Below, in pieces: positions 20,742 to 30,683 of a stretch of DNA of 64,000 nt; position 1 is the stretch's first letter; each line of letters starts with the position of its first letter. The DNA is taken from the NCBI GenBank assembly GCA_030765585.1, contig JAVCCJ010000075.1:37482-101481 (forward strand). Direction: 5' to 3'. This DNA comes from Candidatus Zapsychrus exili. Lineage in GTDB: Bacteria > Omnitrophota > Gorgyraeia > Zapsychrales > Zapsychraceae. The notes under the pieces are model-generated. The model had not been told where the DNA came from. It searched no databases and worked only from the letters and a program-made list of their open reading frames with translations. The position numbers and the translations under genes are program-made.

Positions 20742-21296
20742 ATGGGACAAAAATATTATTATTTAGTGGCAAGTTTGCCAATTATAAACTTTGATAGTAA
20801 GCCTTCAATATCAGTTAAGGAGTTTTTATCAGATTGTAAAAGGCTTTTGCATGCAGAAGATTATGAATTGCTTAGCATGGCTTTATCAGGCAAAGAACAT
20901 TATGATAAAACAACCAATAATTTTCTTAATACATGGATAGAATTTAATAGAAGTTGTTGCAATGAAATGGCTTGTTTTAGATCTTTAAAGAAAGACAAAG
21001 ATCCTTCAAGTTATATAAGAGGAGATCGTTCTATACAGGCAAATATTATAGAGGTTTTAAATCAAGCTTTTAAGGCACCTGATCTTTTATCAGGAGAAAA
21101 GATTTTAGATAAAGCTAAATGGATATTTTTAGATAATTTACTTTCACAACATTATTTTGACTTTGAATGTGTGTTATCTTATGGATTTAAATTAAAGATT
21201 TTAGAACGCTATCAAGAGTTTGGTTCTGGAAAAGGAAAAGAAGTTTTAGAACAATATAAAATAATAGAAAAGTTAGACAAAATACTTGTTAATTAA
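20742..21296 (+). CDS. DUF2764-like protein (V-ATPase subunit C-related)
   Basis: 'YYYLVASLP' N-terminus and 'HYFDFE.VLSY..KL.ILER' motif; located between subunits E and A. Confidence 0.8.
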   Translation: MGQKYYYLVASLPIINFDSKPSISVKEFLSDCKRLLHAEDYELLSMALSGKEHYDKTTNNFLNTWIEFNRSCCNEMACFRSLKKDKDPSSYIRGDRSIQANIIEVLNQAFKAPDLLSGEKILDKAKWIFLDNLLSQHYFDFECVLSYGFKLKILERYQEFGSGKGKEVLEQYKIIEKLDKILVN

Positions 21297-21310
21297 TAGA
21301 AGAGGTATAT

Positions 21311-23041
21311 ATGCAAGATAAAATAAAAAGATGTGGTAAAGTTCTTGGAGTGAACGGCAATATGGTTGCTGTTCAATTTACAGATAAGGTTATACAAAAT
21401 GAAGTAGCTTATGTTGTGATGGGGGACGAAAGGCTAAAGTCTGAGGTCATTCGCGTTAAAGGTTCTCGCTGCGATCTTCAGGTATTTGAAGATACCATTG
21501 GCATAAGAATAGGAGATAAGGTTGAGTTCTCTGGAGAGTTATTGAGCGTTGAATTAGGCCCAGGTCTTTTGGGTCAAGTCTATGATGGTCTACAAAATCC
21601 GCTTTCTAGACTTGCTGAGCAGCATGGATTTTTCTTAAAAAGAGGATCATATTTAGAAGCTTTGGACAAAGAGCAAACTTGGGAGTTTACTCCTGAAGTA
21701 AAAGTAGGAGATAAGTTACGCGCAGGACAGCAAGTAGGTAGCGTTCCTGAAAAAGTTTTTAAGCATAAAATAATGGTTCCTTTTGATTTGAAAGGCACTC
21801 TTGAAGTTGTAAGCATTAAAGATAAAGGCGAGTATAAAATACATGACCAAATGGCAGTTTTAAAAGACGAGATAGATAAAGAACATGTTTTAACTATGGT
21901 TCAGAATTGGCCAGTTAAAGAACCGATAAAAGCGTATGCCGAAAAATGTAAGCCAACAGAACCTTTGATTTCAAAAATAAGAATTATAGATACGTTTGTT
22001 CCTGTTGCTATCGGGGGGACATTTTGCACTCCAGGACCATTTGGCGCAGGCAAAACAGTTTTGCAACATTTGTTGAGTCGTCATGCTGAGGTTGATATCG
22101 TTGTAGTAGCCGCTTGTGGTGAACGTGCAGGTGAAGTTGTTGAAATATTAGAAGAGTTTCCAGAGCTTATTGATCCTCGCACAGGAAAGAGTTTGATGGA
22201 GCGTACAATAATAATTTGTAATACAAGTTCAATGCCTGTTGCTGCTCGCGAATCAAGTGTTTATACAGCAGTTACCTTGGCTGAATATTATAGGCAAATG
22301 GGGTTAAATGTTCTTTTGCTAGCTGATTCTACTTCGCGTTGGGCTCAGGCTATGAGAGAAATGTCAGGAAGATTAGAAGAGATTCCAGGTGAAGAGGCGT
22401 TTCCAGCTTATCTTGAGTCGAGGATAGCATCGTTTTATGAGCGTGCAGGACTTGTTAAATTAAGAGATGGCAGTATGGGATCTGTAACAATAGGTGGCGC
22501 TGTTTCTCCTGCTGGAGGAAATTTTGAAGAGCCTGTAACGCAGGCAACGCTTAAAGTTGTTGGCGCTTTTCATGGCCTTTCAAGAGATAGAGCGAACGCA
22601 AGAAAATATCCTGCAATTGACCCGCTAGATAGTTGGAGTAAATATAAAAGTTTTATTGATGCTGATAAGGTTGCTTTGAGCATTTCGGCTTTAAAGAGAT
22701 CTCAAGATGTAGATCAGATGATGAAAGTTGTTGGAGAAGAGGGCACATCTATTGATGATTTTGTTGATTATTTAAAAGGCGATTTCTTTGATGATGTTTA
22801 TTTGCAACAGAATGCTTTCGATAAGACAGACGAGGCAACCGCATCTGAACGTCAGAAATATGTATTTGATATTATAAGTGAAATTATGGATCAAGATTTT
22901 AGTTTTGATGATAAAGATTCTGCAAGAAAGTTCTTTCAAGAATTAAGACAAATTTTTATTAATTGGAATTCTTGTGGTTTTGATACAGATGAATTTAAGA
23001 AACAAGAAGAAGAGATAAAGAATAAAATCGCAAACGCGTAA
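21311..23041 (+). CDS. ntpA: V/A-type ATP synthase subunit A
   Basis: Walker A GPFGAGKT; 'CGERAGE', '[29 protein letters not shown]' and '[13 protein letters not shown]' motifs. Confidence 0.96.
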   Translation: MQDKIKRCGKVLGVNGNMVAVQFTDKVIQNEVAYVVMGDERLKSEVIRVKGSRCDLQVFEDTIGIRIGDKVEFSGELLSVELGPGLLGQVYDGLQNPLSRLAEQHGFFLKRGSYLEALDKEQTWEFTPEVKVGDKLRAGQQVGSVPEKVFKHKIMVPFDLKGTLEVVSIKDKGEYKIHDQMAVLKDEIDKEHVLTMVQNWPVKEPIKAYAEKCKPTEPLISKIRIIDTFVPVAIGGTFCTPGPFGAGKTVLQHLLSRHAEVDIVVVAACGERAGEVVEILEEFPELIDPRTGKSLMERTIIICNTSSMPVAARESSVYTAVTLAEYYRQMGLNVLLLADSTSRWAQAMREMSGRLEEIPGEEAFPAYLESRIASFYERAGLVKLRDGSMGSVTIGGAVSPAGGNFEEPVTQATLKVVGAFHGLSRDRANARKYPAIDPLDSWSKYKSFIDADKVALSISALKRSQDVDQMMKVVGEEGTSIDDFVDYLKGDFFDDVYLQQNAFDKTDEATASERQKYVFDIISEIMDQDFSFDDKDSARKFFQELRQIFINWNSCGFDTDEFKKQEEEIKNKIANA

Positions 23042-23057
23042 GATCGGGGTTTATAAA

Positions 23058-24359
23058 ATGCAAAAAATATATAGTCAGATTATACAAATAGCAGGTGACG
23101 TTATAACAGTTGAAGCAGAAGGTATCTCGTATAAAGAATTAGCTGAAGTAAAGACTAGTCGTGGCATTGCTTTGGCGCAAGTAATTCGTTTAGATGGAAA
23201 TAAGGTATATCTTCAGGTTTTATCTGGAAGTCGAGGTATTGCAACAAACGATAAGGTACGTTTTTTAAAGCATCCTGTTCAAGTATCATTTTCAGATAAT
23301 CTTTTAGGTAGAGTTTTTACTGGTTCAGGTGATTCAAGGGATAACGGACCAGCGCTGAGAGATAATATGATAGACATTGGCGGCCCGTCAGTTAATCCAA
23401 CAAAAAGGATTGTTCCGAAGAATATGATACGAACAGGTATTCCAATGATTGATATTTTTAATTCATTGGTTGAGTCTCAAAAGCTTCCTATTTTTTCAGT
23501 TGCAGGCGAGCCGTATAATCCTCTCTTAGCTCGTATAGCGATGCAAGCTGAAGTTGATATGATAGTTTTGGGCGGCATGGGTCTTAAGCACGATGATTAT
23601 TTATTTTTTAAAGATACTTTAGAGGAGCATGGAGCATTATCAAAATCAATTTTATTTGTTCACACTGCATCAGACCCAACAGTTGAATGTTTGCTAGTTC
23701 CTGATATGTGTTTAGCTGTTGCTGAACAATTTGCTTTGCAAGGCAAGAAGGTTCTGGTTCTTTTAACTGATATGACGAATTTTTGTGATTCTTTAAAAGA
23801 GATTGCAATTACGATGGAACAAATTCCATCAAATCGTGGTTATCCAGGAGATCTTTATAGCCAACTAGCATCAAGATATGAAAAGGCAGTTGATTTCTCT
23901 GATGCAGGATCAATTACTGTTTTAGCTGTAACAACTATGCCAGGAGACGATGTTACTCATCCAGTTCCTGATAATACTGGATATATTACCGAGGGGCAAT
24001 TTTATCTTCGCGACGGTCATATTGAACCATTTGGTTCTTTAAGTAGATTAAAACAACAAGTTAATGGAGATACTCGTTCAGATCATAGAACTATAATGGA
24101 TCGCATGATACAGCTTTTTGCAGATTATAGAGAAACTAAAGAAAAGCAATCAATGGGGTTTCAAATGAGCTCGTGGGATAAAAAGCTTTTAGACTACGGA
24201 AAGCGTTTTGAAACAGATTTAATGGATTTATCTGTAAACATTCCTTTAGAGCAAGCCCTTGATTTGGGATGGAAAATATTATCTGATATCTTCGAACCTA
24301 CAGAAATAGGAATTAAAGAATCTTTAGCAAAGGAATATTGGCCAAAACAGGCTGCCTAA
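23058..24359 (+). CDS. ntpB: V/A-type ATP synthase subunit B
   Basis: 'QKLPIFS', 'LTDMTNF', '[17 protein letters not shown]' and '[14 protein letters not shown]' motifs. Confidence 0.96.
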   Translation: MQKIYSQIIQIAGDVITVEAEGISYKELAEVKTSRGIALAQVIRLDGNKVYLQVLSGSRGIATNDKVRFLKHPVQVSFSDNLLGRVFTGSGDSRDNGPALRDNMIDIGGPSVNPTKRIVPKNMIRTGIPMIDIFNSLVESQKLPIFSVAGEPYNPLLARIAMQAEVDMIVLGGMGLKHDDYLFFKDTLEEHGALSKSILFVHTASDPTVECLLVPDMCLAVAEQFALQGKKVLVLLTDMTNFCDSLKEIAITMEQIPSNRGYPGDLYSQLASRYEKAVDFSDAGSITVLAVTTMPGDDVTHPVPDNTGYITEGQFYLRDGHIEPFGSLSRLKQQVNGDTRSDHRTIMDRMIQLFADYRETKEKQSMGFQMSSWDKKLLDYGKRFETDLMDLSVNIPLEQALDLGWKILSDIFEPTEIGIKESLAKEYWPKQAA

Positions 24360-24360
24360 G

Positions 24361-24966
24361 ATGAGTAAAATAAAATTAACAAAAGGTGCGTTAAGGCTAC
24401 AAAGAGATAATCTAGAACGTTTTAGACATTATCTTCCGACCTTACAATTAAAAAAGCAACAGCTTCAAAAGAAAATAGTTGAGGCTCGTGGTGTATTAGA
24501 CCAGAAATCCACCGCTCTTAAATCTAAGCAACAAGACATTGATAAATGGTCTGGTCTTTTAGCTGATTCTAGGGTGGATATTTCAGAATGGGTTAAGCCA
24601 ATTGAAATTATAACAGGGATTAGCAATGTTGCTGGAGCCAATCTTCCTGTTTTTGAAAGTGTAAAATTTCAGGAAGCTGAGTATGATTTGTTTTTGACAC
24701 CTTTTTGGATTGATCGTGGTATAGAAGAATTACGTGATTTAGTTATCTTAATTGTCGAGATGGATATTATAAAAAAACAAGTTTCGATTCTTACTCAGGA
24801 ACTTAGGATTACGACGCAAAGAGTTAATCTTTTTGAAAAAGTTAAAATACCTGAATGTATTGAAAATATAAGAGTGATAAGAATTTATTTAGGCGATCAA
24901 CAAGCAAATGCTGTTGGAATAAGTAAGGTAGCTAAGAAGAAAATTGAATTAGTTGAGGCGGTATAG
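24361..24966 (+). CDS. ntpD: V/A-type ATP synthase subunit D
   Basis: 'LPTLQLKKQQL' and 'ELRITTQRVNLFEKVKIP' motifs. Confidence 0.93.
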   Translation: MSKIKLTKGALRLQRDNLERFRHYLPTLQLKKQQLQKKIVEARGVLDQKSTALKSKQQDIDKWSGLLADSRVDISEWVKPIEIITGISNVAGANLPVFESVKFQEAEYDLFLTPFWIDRGIEELRDLVILIVEMDIIKKQVSILTQELRITTQRVNLFEKVKIPECIENIRVIRIYLGDQQANAVGISKVAKKKIELVEAV

Positions 24967-24972
24967 GATTGT

Positions 24973-25103
24973 TGTCATTGCGAGGAGCGAAGCGACGCGG
25001 CAATCTTATATCAAATGACGAGTGTTAATCTAGAAGAGATTGCCATACTCGGTTTTCGCCTGCCTGGCTAACGCCAGTCAGTCAGACCTCGTTCGCAATG
25101 ACA
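24973..25103. repeat. REP/MITE-like palindromic element (TGTCATTGCGA...TCGCAATGACA) inside the ATPase operon
   Basis: Perfect 11-bp terminal inverted repeat and inner GGCAATCT/AGATTGCC inverted repeat, with a GC-rich hairpin insert near 25058-25085. Confidence 0.8.
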
Positions 25104-25121
25104 GAAATTTTTTAATTTATT

Positions 25122-26876
25122 ATGATAGTTCCGATGAAGAAAATTTATATGATAGTGCAATCTAAGGATATTGGTAGTGCTCTTAAGTCCTTAAGAAAGA
25201 TAGGGACAGTACACGTAGAGCAGCAAGTTTTTAAGCCTTCTGACGAAATTGGTAAACTGAAAGATGATATAAAATATCTTAGTCGCATAGTTGATGTCTT
25301 GTCTCGTAAAAACATAGCAAAGCAATCGAAGCTAGAGGATTTAGATGCGCAGGCAAAGAAAATCTTACATGACTTGTCTTTGATAGACAATTTAGAAGAG
25401 TCTATTGAAATAAGAAAAGCTACGATACATAAATGGGAGCATTGGGGAGACTTTAATCCTGCTGATATAAAAGATCTATTGAGTAGTGGCATTTATGTTG
25501 GGCTTTTTAAAATACCTGTTATTGAACTCGTAAATTTATCAGAAAGCTTGATAGTAGATGTTGTGAGCAAGGTAGGCGGGATAGCTAATTGTATTATTGT
25601 ATCTAAGAATTCTTTAGATATTGGTTTTGATCAAATTAAACTTCCTGATTTAAGTTTATCTGAAATGTTAAAGCTACAGGATGAGGATAAAACTAAGATA
25701 GAAGATATAAGGCAATGTCTTTTAGGTGATGCAAAATATCTTAATGTTTTTAAAAAAGCTTTAGACGTGCAGAAAGATTCTCTTAAATTTAAAGAAGTAG
25801 TAGATTCTATGACGGAAGTTGAAAATTTATCTTGGCTTCGTGGATTTTGTCCTAAAGAAGCATGTGCTGCTCTAAAAGAAGATGCAGGAAAACATCATTG
25901 GGGGCTTTTAATAGAGGAACCTAAAGAAGATGAACAAGTTCCTACATTGCTTCGCAACCCTAAATGGGTTGAGCTTATAAAACCAGTATTTTCAATGATA
26001 GATATTTTGCCAGGGTATAAGGAAGTGGATATAAGCTTCTTTTTTCTTACGTTTTTTTCGTTTTTCTTTGGCATATTAATAGGCGATGCTGGTTATGGTT
26101 TGATATTTTTGTTTTCAACATTTCTGGCCAAAGTTAAGTTGGGCAAAAAGGTAAAGGATAAATCTCCATTCGGATTAATGTATCTTTTAAGTATTGTTAC
26201 AATAATTTGGGGTGTTTTATCAGGTACATTCTTTGGTCAACAGTGGTTATTTGCATTAAATATAAAAGCGCTTGTGCCTTGGTTACAAGATGCCAACAAT
26301 GTACAGATGCTATGTTTTTTAATAGGCGCTGTACATTTAAGTATAGCTCATATTTGGAGAGCTATTTTAAAATTTCCTCATGCAAGTTTTTTAGGCGAGG
26401 TGGGTTGGCTTTTGATTTTATGGGGTATGTTCTTTGTGGCTAAGATGTTGGTTTTAGATATGGCATTTCCATTGCATGCAAAGTATTTGTTTATGGTAGG
26501 ACCAGCACTAGTAATATTTTTCACTAAACCTAATTTTAATCCTTTAAAAGCAATTGGACCAGGAATAGGAGATTTTCTTCTTAACATAGTAAACACCTTT
26601 GCAGATATAGTTTCATATATCAGACTTTTTGCAGTTGGTCTTGCAAGTGTTGCGGTTGCAGATGCGTTTAATTCAATGGCACTAGATATAGGGTTTAGTT
26701 CCGTTTTAGCAGGATTTTTGTCTGCTATAATTTTAGTTTGTGGACATGTGTTTAATATTATTTTAGGTGCAATGTCTATTTTGGTCCACGGTTTACGTTT
26801 AAATGTGCTAGAGTTTTCAGGACATTTAAATATGGAGTGGGCAGGATTTAAATACGAACCTTTTAAGAAAAGATAG
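25122..26876 (+). CDS. ntpI: V/A-type ATP synthase subunit I (a)
   Basis: 'MIVPMKK', 'GDAGYG', 'DIVSYIRLFAVGLA' and 'HGLRLNVLEFS' motifs. Confidence 0.94.
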   Translation: MIVPMKKIYMIVQSKDIGSALKSLRKIGTVHVEQQVFKPSDEIGKLKDDIKYLSRIVDVLSRKNIAKQSKLEDLDAQAKKILHDLSLIDNLEESIEIRKATIHKWEHWGDFNPADIKDLLSSGIYVGLFKIPVIELVNLSESLIVDVVSKVGGIANCIIVSKNSLDIGFDQIKLPDLSLSEMLKLQDEDKTKIEDIRQCLLGDAKYLNVFKKALDVQKDSLKFKEVVDSMTEVENLSWLRGFCPKEACAALKEDAGKHHWGLLIEEPKEDEQVPTLLRNPKWVELIKPVFSMIDILPGYKEVDISFFFLTFFSFFFGILIGDAGYGLIFLFSTFLAKVKLGKKVKDKSPFGLMYLLSIVTIIWGVLSGTFFGQQWLFALNIKALVPWLQDANNVQMLCFLIGAVHLSIAHIWRAILKFPHASFLGEVGWLLILWGMFFVAKMLVLDMAFPLHAKYLFMVGPALVIFFTKPNFNPLKAIGPGIGDFLLNIVNTFADIVSYIRLFAVGLASVAVADAFNSMALDIGFSSVLAGFLSAIILVCGHVFNIILGAMSILVHGLRLNVLEFSGHLNMEWAGFKYEPFKKR

Positions 26877-26886
26877 GAGAATAAAT

Positions 26887-27339
26887 ATGGATTCAGTATT
26901 AGTTCAATTTAAAGATTTAGGTTTGGCTGCATCAATTTGTCTTGCAGCTCTTGGATCAGCTATGGGAACAGGTATAGCGGGTATGGCTGCTATTGGAGCA
27001 TGGAAAAAATGTTATGCTCAAAGTAAGACAGCGCCTTTTATGTTGCTTGTTTTTGTAGGAGCTCCGCTTACTCAAACTATTTATGGTTTGATTTTGATGA
27101 ATGTAATTGCAACTACAGCAGCCGCAGGACAGTATTTTTGGGGAGTTGGCATACTAGGCGGACTTGCAATGGGTACTTCTGCTATGATGCAAGGCAAAGC
27201 AGCAGCAGGCGCATCAGATGCTCTTGCAGAAACAGACAAAGGATTTACAAATTATTTGATAGTTTTGGGTATTATTGAGTCAGTAGCGTTGTTTGTTATG
27301 GTTTTTTTAAGAGGAAAAGTGCTAGCGTTAGCAGGATAA
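26887..27339 (+). CDS. ntpK: V/A-type ATP synthase subunit K (c), 4-TM proteolipid
   Basis: 'GAPLTQTIYG', 'QGKAAA' and 'GIIESVALF' motifs. Confidence 0.93.
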   Translation: MDSVLVQFKDLGLAASICLAALGSAMGTGIAGMAAIGAWKKCYAQSKTAPFMLLVFVGAPLTQTIYGLILMNVIATTAAAGQYFWGVGILGGLAMGTSAMMQGKAAAGASDALAETDKGFTNYLIVLGIIESVALFVMVFLRGKVLALAG

Positions 27340-27347
27340 CTTGACTA

Positions 27348-27376
27348 TTGACATAATTGATAAGTTGTAATATTAT
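27348..27376 (+). promoter_or_regulatory. Sigma70-type promoter of tRNA-Val
   Basis: TTGACA 27348-53, 17-bp spacer, TATTAT 27371-76. Confidence 0.6.
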
Positions 27377-27403
27377 AACTGACTTGATTTTGTAGTATTT
27401 ATG

Positions 27404-27480
27404 GGGCGATTAGCTCAGTTGGTTAGAGCACCTGATTTACATTCAGGGGGTCGTAGGTTCGAGTCCTACATTGCCCACCA
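27404..27480 (+). tRNA. tRNA-Val(TAC)
   Basis: Cloverleaf with acceptor GGGCGAT/ATTGCCC, anticodon arm CCTGA-TTTACAT-TCAGG, T loop TTCGAGT, and encoded CCA. Confidence 0.96.
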
Positions 27481-27545
27481 TTTTAAAAGATATCTTTACA
27501 AAATGAACCTCAGATATTAAACTGTAGTTCAATTTTGACCTTTAA

Positions 27546-27620
27546 GGACCCGTGGTGTAGCTTGGTTAACATGTCAGATTGTCGATCTGAAGATCGCGAG
27601 TTCAAATCTCGTCGGGTCCG
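27546..27620 (+). tRNA. tRNA-Asp(GTC)
   Basis: Acceptor GGACCCG/CGGGTCC, anticodon arm TCAGA-TTGTCGA-TCTGA, T loop TTCAAAT, G discriminator; CCA not encoded. Confidence 0.95.
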
Positions 27621-27629
27621 TTTAAATAT

Positions 27630-27663
27630 AAAAACCTCAGACTTTTTAGTCTGGGGTTTTTTA
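27630..27663 (+). terminator. Rho-independent terminator after tRNA-Asp
   Basis: AAAACCTCAGACT-tttt-AGTCTGGGGTTTT followed by a T run. Confidence 0.8.
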
Positions 27664-27781
27664 TTAGAAATTATTTATTATTTTATTTATAGATTTTGCG
27701 TTCCAACTTTTTTGTTTTCAAAAGTTAGAAATCATTGTATGATAACCCAACAAAAACATTTAATAAAGAAGGGGGATGGTT

Positions 27782-28693
27782 ATGAAAACTTTAAAAATTC
27801 AGGTTCTTTCTTTGATGGCGTTATTCTCTTCAAAGTTAGCTTTTGCACAAGAACAGCCACAGAATATTACTGATATGGCAACTCAACAATTAGATACAGT
27901 TAAGAATCTAGTACAAGTTATTACAGAGTTTGGTGTTAAATATAGTTTTCAAGTCATTGGCGGACTTATTGTTTTGGCCTTAGGTTGGGTGGTGGCAGGC
28001 TATATAGGCAAAATTATCATAGGGATGCTTGAAAAGAAAAATGTAGATGTCACTGTATCTAAGTTTCTTGTAGGTACGGTTAAGTTTATTATTATTGCTT
28101 TTGCTGGAATTGTTGCTTTAGGTAAGTTTGGAATTGAAATTGCTCCGTTGATTGCTGGTGTATCGGTAGCTGGTTTTGGTTTAAGTTTTGCTCTTCAAGG
28201 GCCTTTATCAAATTATGCTTCAGGTGCCACACTTATCTTTACTAAGCCGTTTAAAGTAGGCGAAATAATAGAGGTGGCAGGTGTCATGGGAGAAGTAACT
28301 GATATGAAGCTTCCTCGCACTGAGATTAGAACAATGGATGGGGATTTGGTTTTTATTCCAAACAAACATATAGTAGGTGAGGTTATACATAATTATTCTA
28401 CAGACAAGAGATTAGATTTAAATGTTGGAGTAAGTTACAGTGCTGATATAGGTCGTGCAATAAAGATAGTTGAAGATTCTATTAAGATTGATAAGCGTGT
28501 AACTAAAGGTCCTAAGGTTGGAATTACGGAATTTGCAGACTCAAGTGTAAATATTTATGCAAGAGTTTGGTGTAGGCAAGACGATTATTTAGATGTAATG
28601 TTTGATGCGAATAAAAACATATTTGATTCCTTAAAGAAAAATAATATTGAAATACCATTTCCTCAGAGAGATGTACGTATAGTTAAAGAATAA
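27782..28693 (+). CDS. mscS: Small-conductance mechanosensitive channel MscS
   Basis: 'FALQGPLSNYASG..L...KPFKVG', 'IPN' and C-terminal 'IEIPFPQRDV' motifs. Confidence 0.92.
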   Translation: MKTLKIQVLSLMALFSSKLAFAQEQPQNITDMATQQLDTVKNLVQVITEFGVKYSFQVIGGLIVLALGWVVAGYIGKIIIGMLEKKNVDVTVSKFLVGTVKFIIIAFAGIVALGKFGIEIAPLIAGVSVAGFGLSFALQGPLSNYASGATLIFTKPFKVGEIIEVAGVMGEVTDMKLPRTEIRTMDGDLVFIPNKHIVGEVIHNYSTDKRLDLNVGVSYSADIGRAIKIVEDSIKIDKRVTKGPKVGITEFADSSVNIYARVWCRQDDYLDVMFDANKNIFDSLKKNNIEIPFPQRDVRIVKE

Positions 28694-28708
28694 AACTTAG
28701 GAGTATTT

Positions 28709-29872
28709 ATGGAAGGATTTATTTTTGACTTAAGCATTATATTGGTAGGGGCTGCTATTTTATCGTTTTTAGCAGTTGTGTTTAAGCAACCCATAATTAT
28801 TGCTTATATTATTTGTGGAGTAATCGTTGGGCCTTTGGGATTAGGATGGATTAAGCATCCTGAGTTTATAGGAGACATATCTCATTTAGGTATAACGCTT
28901 TTGCTTTTTTTGGCAGGCCTTTGCTTACATCCTCAGAAGCTTATTAAATTGTTTAAGAAAACAACACTTGCAACTATTGGCAGTTGTTTGGTGTCTTTTG
29001 TTTTAGCATTCGGTTTTTCTTTAATATTTGAGTTTGGATTAATTGATAGTCTTTGCATAGGTTTGGCTTTGATGTTCTCGAGTACGATTTTGACTGTTAA
29101 GCTTCTGCCTACAACAAAATTGCATCAGCAGAGAATGGGAGCTATCTGTATTAGCGTTTTGATAATACAAGATTTAATAGCAATAGCAGTTCTTGCTTTT
29201 ATTCGTTCTTTAAATTTATCTCATTCTGTAACTCCAAACTTTCCTTTATTGATTGTTAAGTTGATACTTTTTGTAGGAGCTTTGGTTTTATTTGAGCAAT
29301 TTGTTTTAAGAAAGGTAATGAAAAAAGTAGATCATTTTCATGAGGCTTTGTTTATACTAGGGCTAGCTTGGTGCTTTGGCATAGCAACAATATCTGAGAA
29401 GATGGGACTTTTTTATGAGACGGGAGCTTTTGTTGCAGGTGTTGTTTTAGCAAGGCACAAAATATCTTTGTTTATATCAGAAAGTTTAAAACCGTTAAGA
29501 GACTTCTTTTTAGTTCTGTTCTTTTTTACTCTTGGAGCTAAGCTAGATTTTTTAGCTATGAGAATGGTATTTTTTCCTGCACTATTTATGGCTACTTTGT
29601 TTATTATTGTTAAGCCATGGTTATTTAAAAAATTATTTTTACTGTCTGGAGAAAAGGAATATTTTTCAGAAGAGGTCGGTATAAGATTAGGACAATTGAG
29701 CGAGTTTTCTTTGTTAATCGCGTTACTTGCATTTGAACTAGGGCATATAAGCAATAACGCATCTCAATTGATACAGCTGGTCACAATTATTACATTTGTT
29801 ATTTCAAGCTATATAGTAGTATTTAAATATCCAACGCCTATAGGCACAACTGAAAAAATGATAAGGGATTAA
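28709..29872 (+). CDS. Cation:proton antiporter (CPA2/KefB-like membrane domain, no KTN domain)
   Basis: 'LLLFLAGL', 'FSST', 'IIQD', 'LRDFFLVLFFF..G' and 'LGQLSEFSL' motifs. Confidence 0.88.
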   Translation: MEGFIFDLSIILVGAAILSFLAVVFKQPIIIAYIICGVIVGPLGLGWIKHPEFIGDISHLGITLLLFLAGLCLHPQKLIKLFKKTTLATIGSCLVSFVLAFGFSLIFEFGLIDSLCIGLALMFSSTILTVKLLPTTKLHQQRMGAICISVLIIQDLIAIAVLAFIRSLNLSHSVTPNFPLLIVKLILFVGALVLFEQFVLRKVMKKVDHFHEALFILGLAWCFGIATISEKMGLFYETGAFVAGVVLARHKISLFISESLKPLRDFFLVLFFFTLGAKLDFLAMRMVFFPALFMATLFIIVKPWLFKKLFLLSGEKEYFSEEVGIRLGQLSEFSLLIALLAFELGHISNNASQLIQLVTIITFVISSYIVVFKYPTPIGTTEKMIRD

Positions 29873-29874
29873 TT

Positions 29875-30258
29875 ATGGATCAAACTTTTGTAACAGCAAT
29901 AAATTGTATCGATGGTAGGGCTCAACAACCAGTTATTAGTTATTTAACTAAGAAGTATAATGTTAATTTTGTTGATATGATAACTGAGCCAGGAATCAAC
30001 AAAATATTGTTTTCAGATTGCGATAAGGAAGCTGTTGAATCTATAAGAAGAAAAGTTTCATTAACTGTAGTCAACCATAATTCTTCGATTATTGCTATTG
30101 TGGGGCATCATGGATGTGTTGGCAATCCATCTTCTTTTGAAGATCAAAAAAAACATATTCTGGGTGCTATAGATTGCGTAAAAGAATGGAATTTTGTTGT
30201 GGATGATGTCATAGGTTTGTGGATTGATGAAGAGTATAATGTTGTAGAAATAAATTAA
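29875..30258 (+). CDS. Small beta-carbonic-anhydrase-like protein
   Basis: Zn-ligand pattern CxDxR (CIDGR) and HxxC (HHGC). Confidence 0.7.
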   Translation: MDQTFVTAINCIDGRAQQPVISYLTKKYNVNFVDMITEPGINKILFSDCDKEAVESIRRKVSLTVVNHNSSIIAIVGHHGCVGNPSSFEDQKKHILGAIDCVKEWNFVVDDVIGLWIDEEYNVVEIN

Positions 30259-30287
30259 TAAATAAGATTTTTAAGAAGGGGATAATA

Positions 30288-30606
30288 ATGATTTCTATTG
30301 AAGACTTTGCAAAAGCGGAAATAAAAATAGCAAAAATAAAAGAAGTAGAAGACCATCCGAATGCAGATAGATTATATGTTGTGAAAATTGATTTAGGAGA
30401 AGAAGAGCGACAAATAGTGGCAGGTATTAAGTCGAGCTATGAAAAAGAATATTTGATTGGAAAATTAATAGCGGTTGTGACTAATCTAGAGCCAGCTACT
30501 ATTAGAGGAGTGGAGTCTAATGGAATGCTTTTAGCTGCTTCAGATGAAAATAGCTGTATTCCTTTCTCCCAAGAAAAAAGTAAAGCTTGGTAGTAGAGTT
30601 AAATGA
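30288..30606 (+). pseudogene. tRNA-binding OB-fold protein (MetG C-terminal/Trbp111/CsaA-like) with a frameshift near the C-terminus
   Basis: 'HPNADRLY', 'RQIVAGI' and 'NLEPATIRGVESNGMLLAA' motifs. A family-like ending 'AVFLSPKKKVKLGSRVK*' lies in the +1 frame (30553-30606). Confidence 0.75.
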
Positions 30607-30683
30607 CATGGTTGTGATTATAAAGTATTTATCGTTTTCTACAGAAGTTTATCCAATCTTAATAAATAGAATATTAAAATAAA

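Noticed and set aside
20221-20781. 186-aa antisense ORF (and similar ones at 14062-14580, 15171-15887, 18768-19190, 62514-62942)
   Set aside because: These are shadows of well-supported + strand genes, with S/F/L-rich composition and no motifs.
27404-27663. tRNA-anchored genomic island or prophage
   Set aside because: There is no integrase, I noticed no duplicated tRNA 3' end in the window, and the downstream genes are ordinary.
27535-27873. 112-aa ORF in the track
   Set aside because: It overlaps tRNA-Asp, its terminator and the mscS start, so it is spurious.
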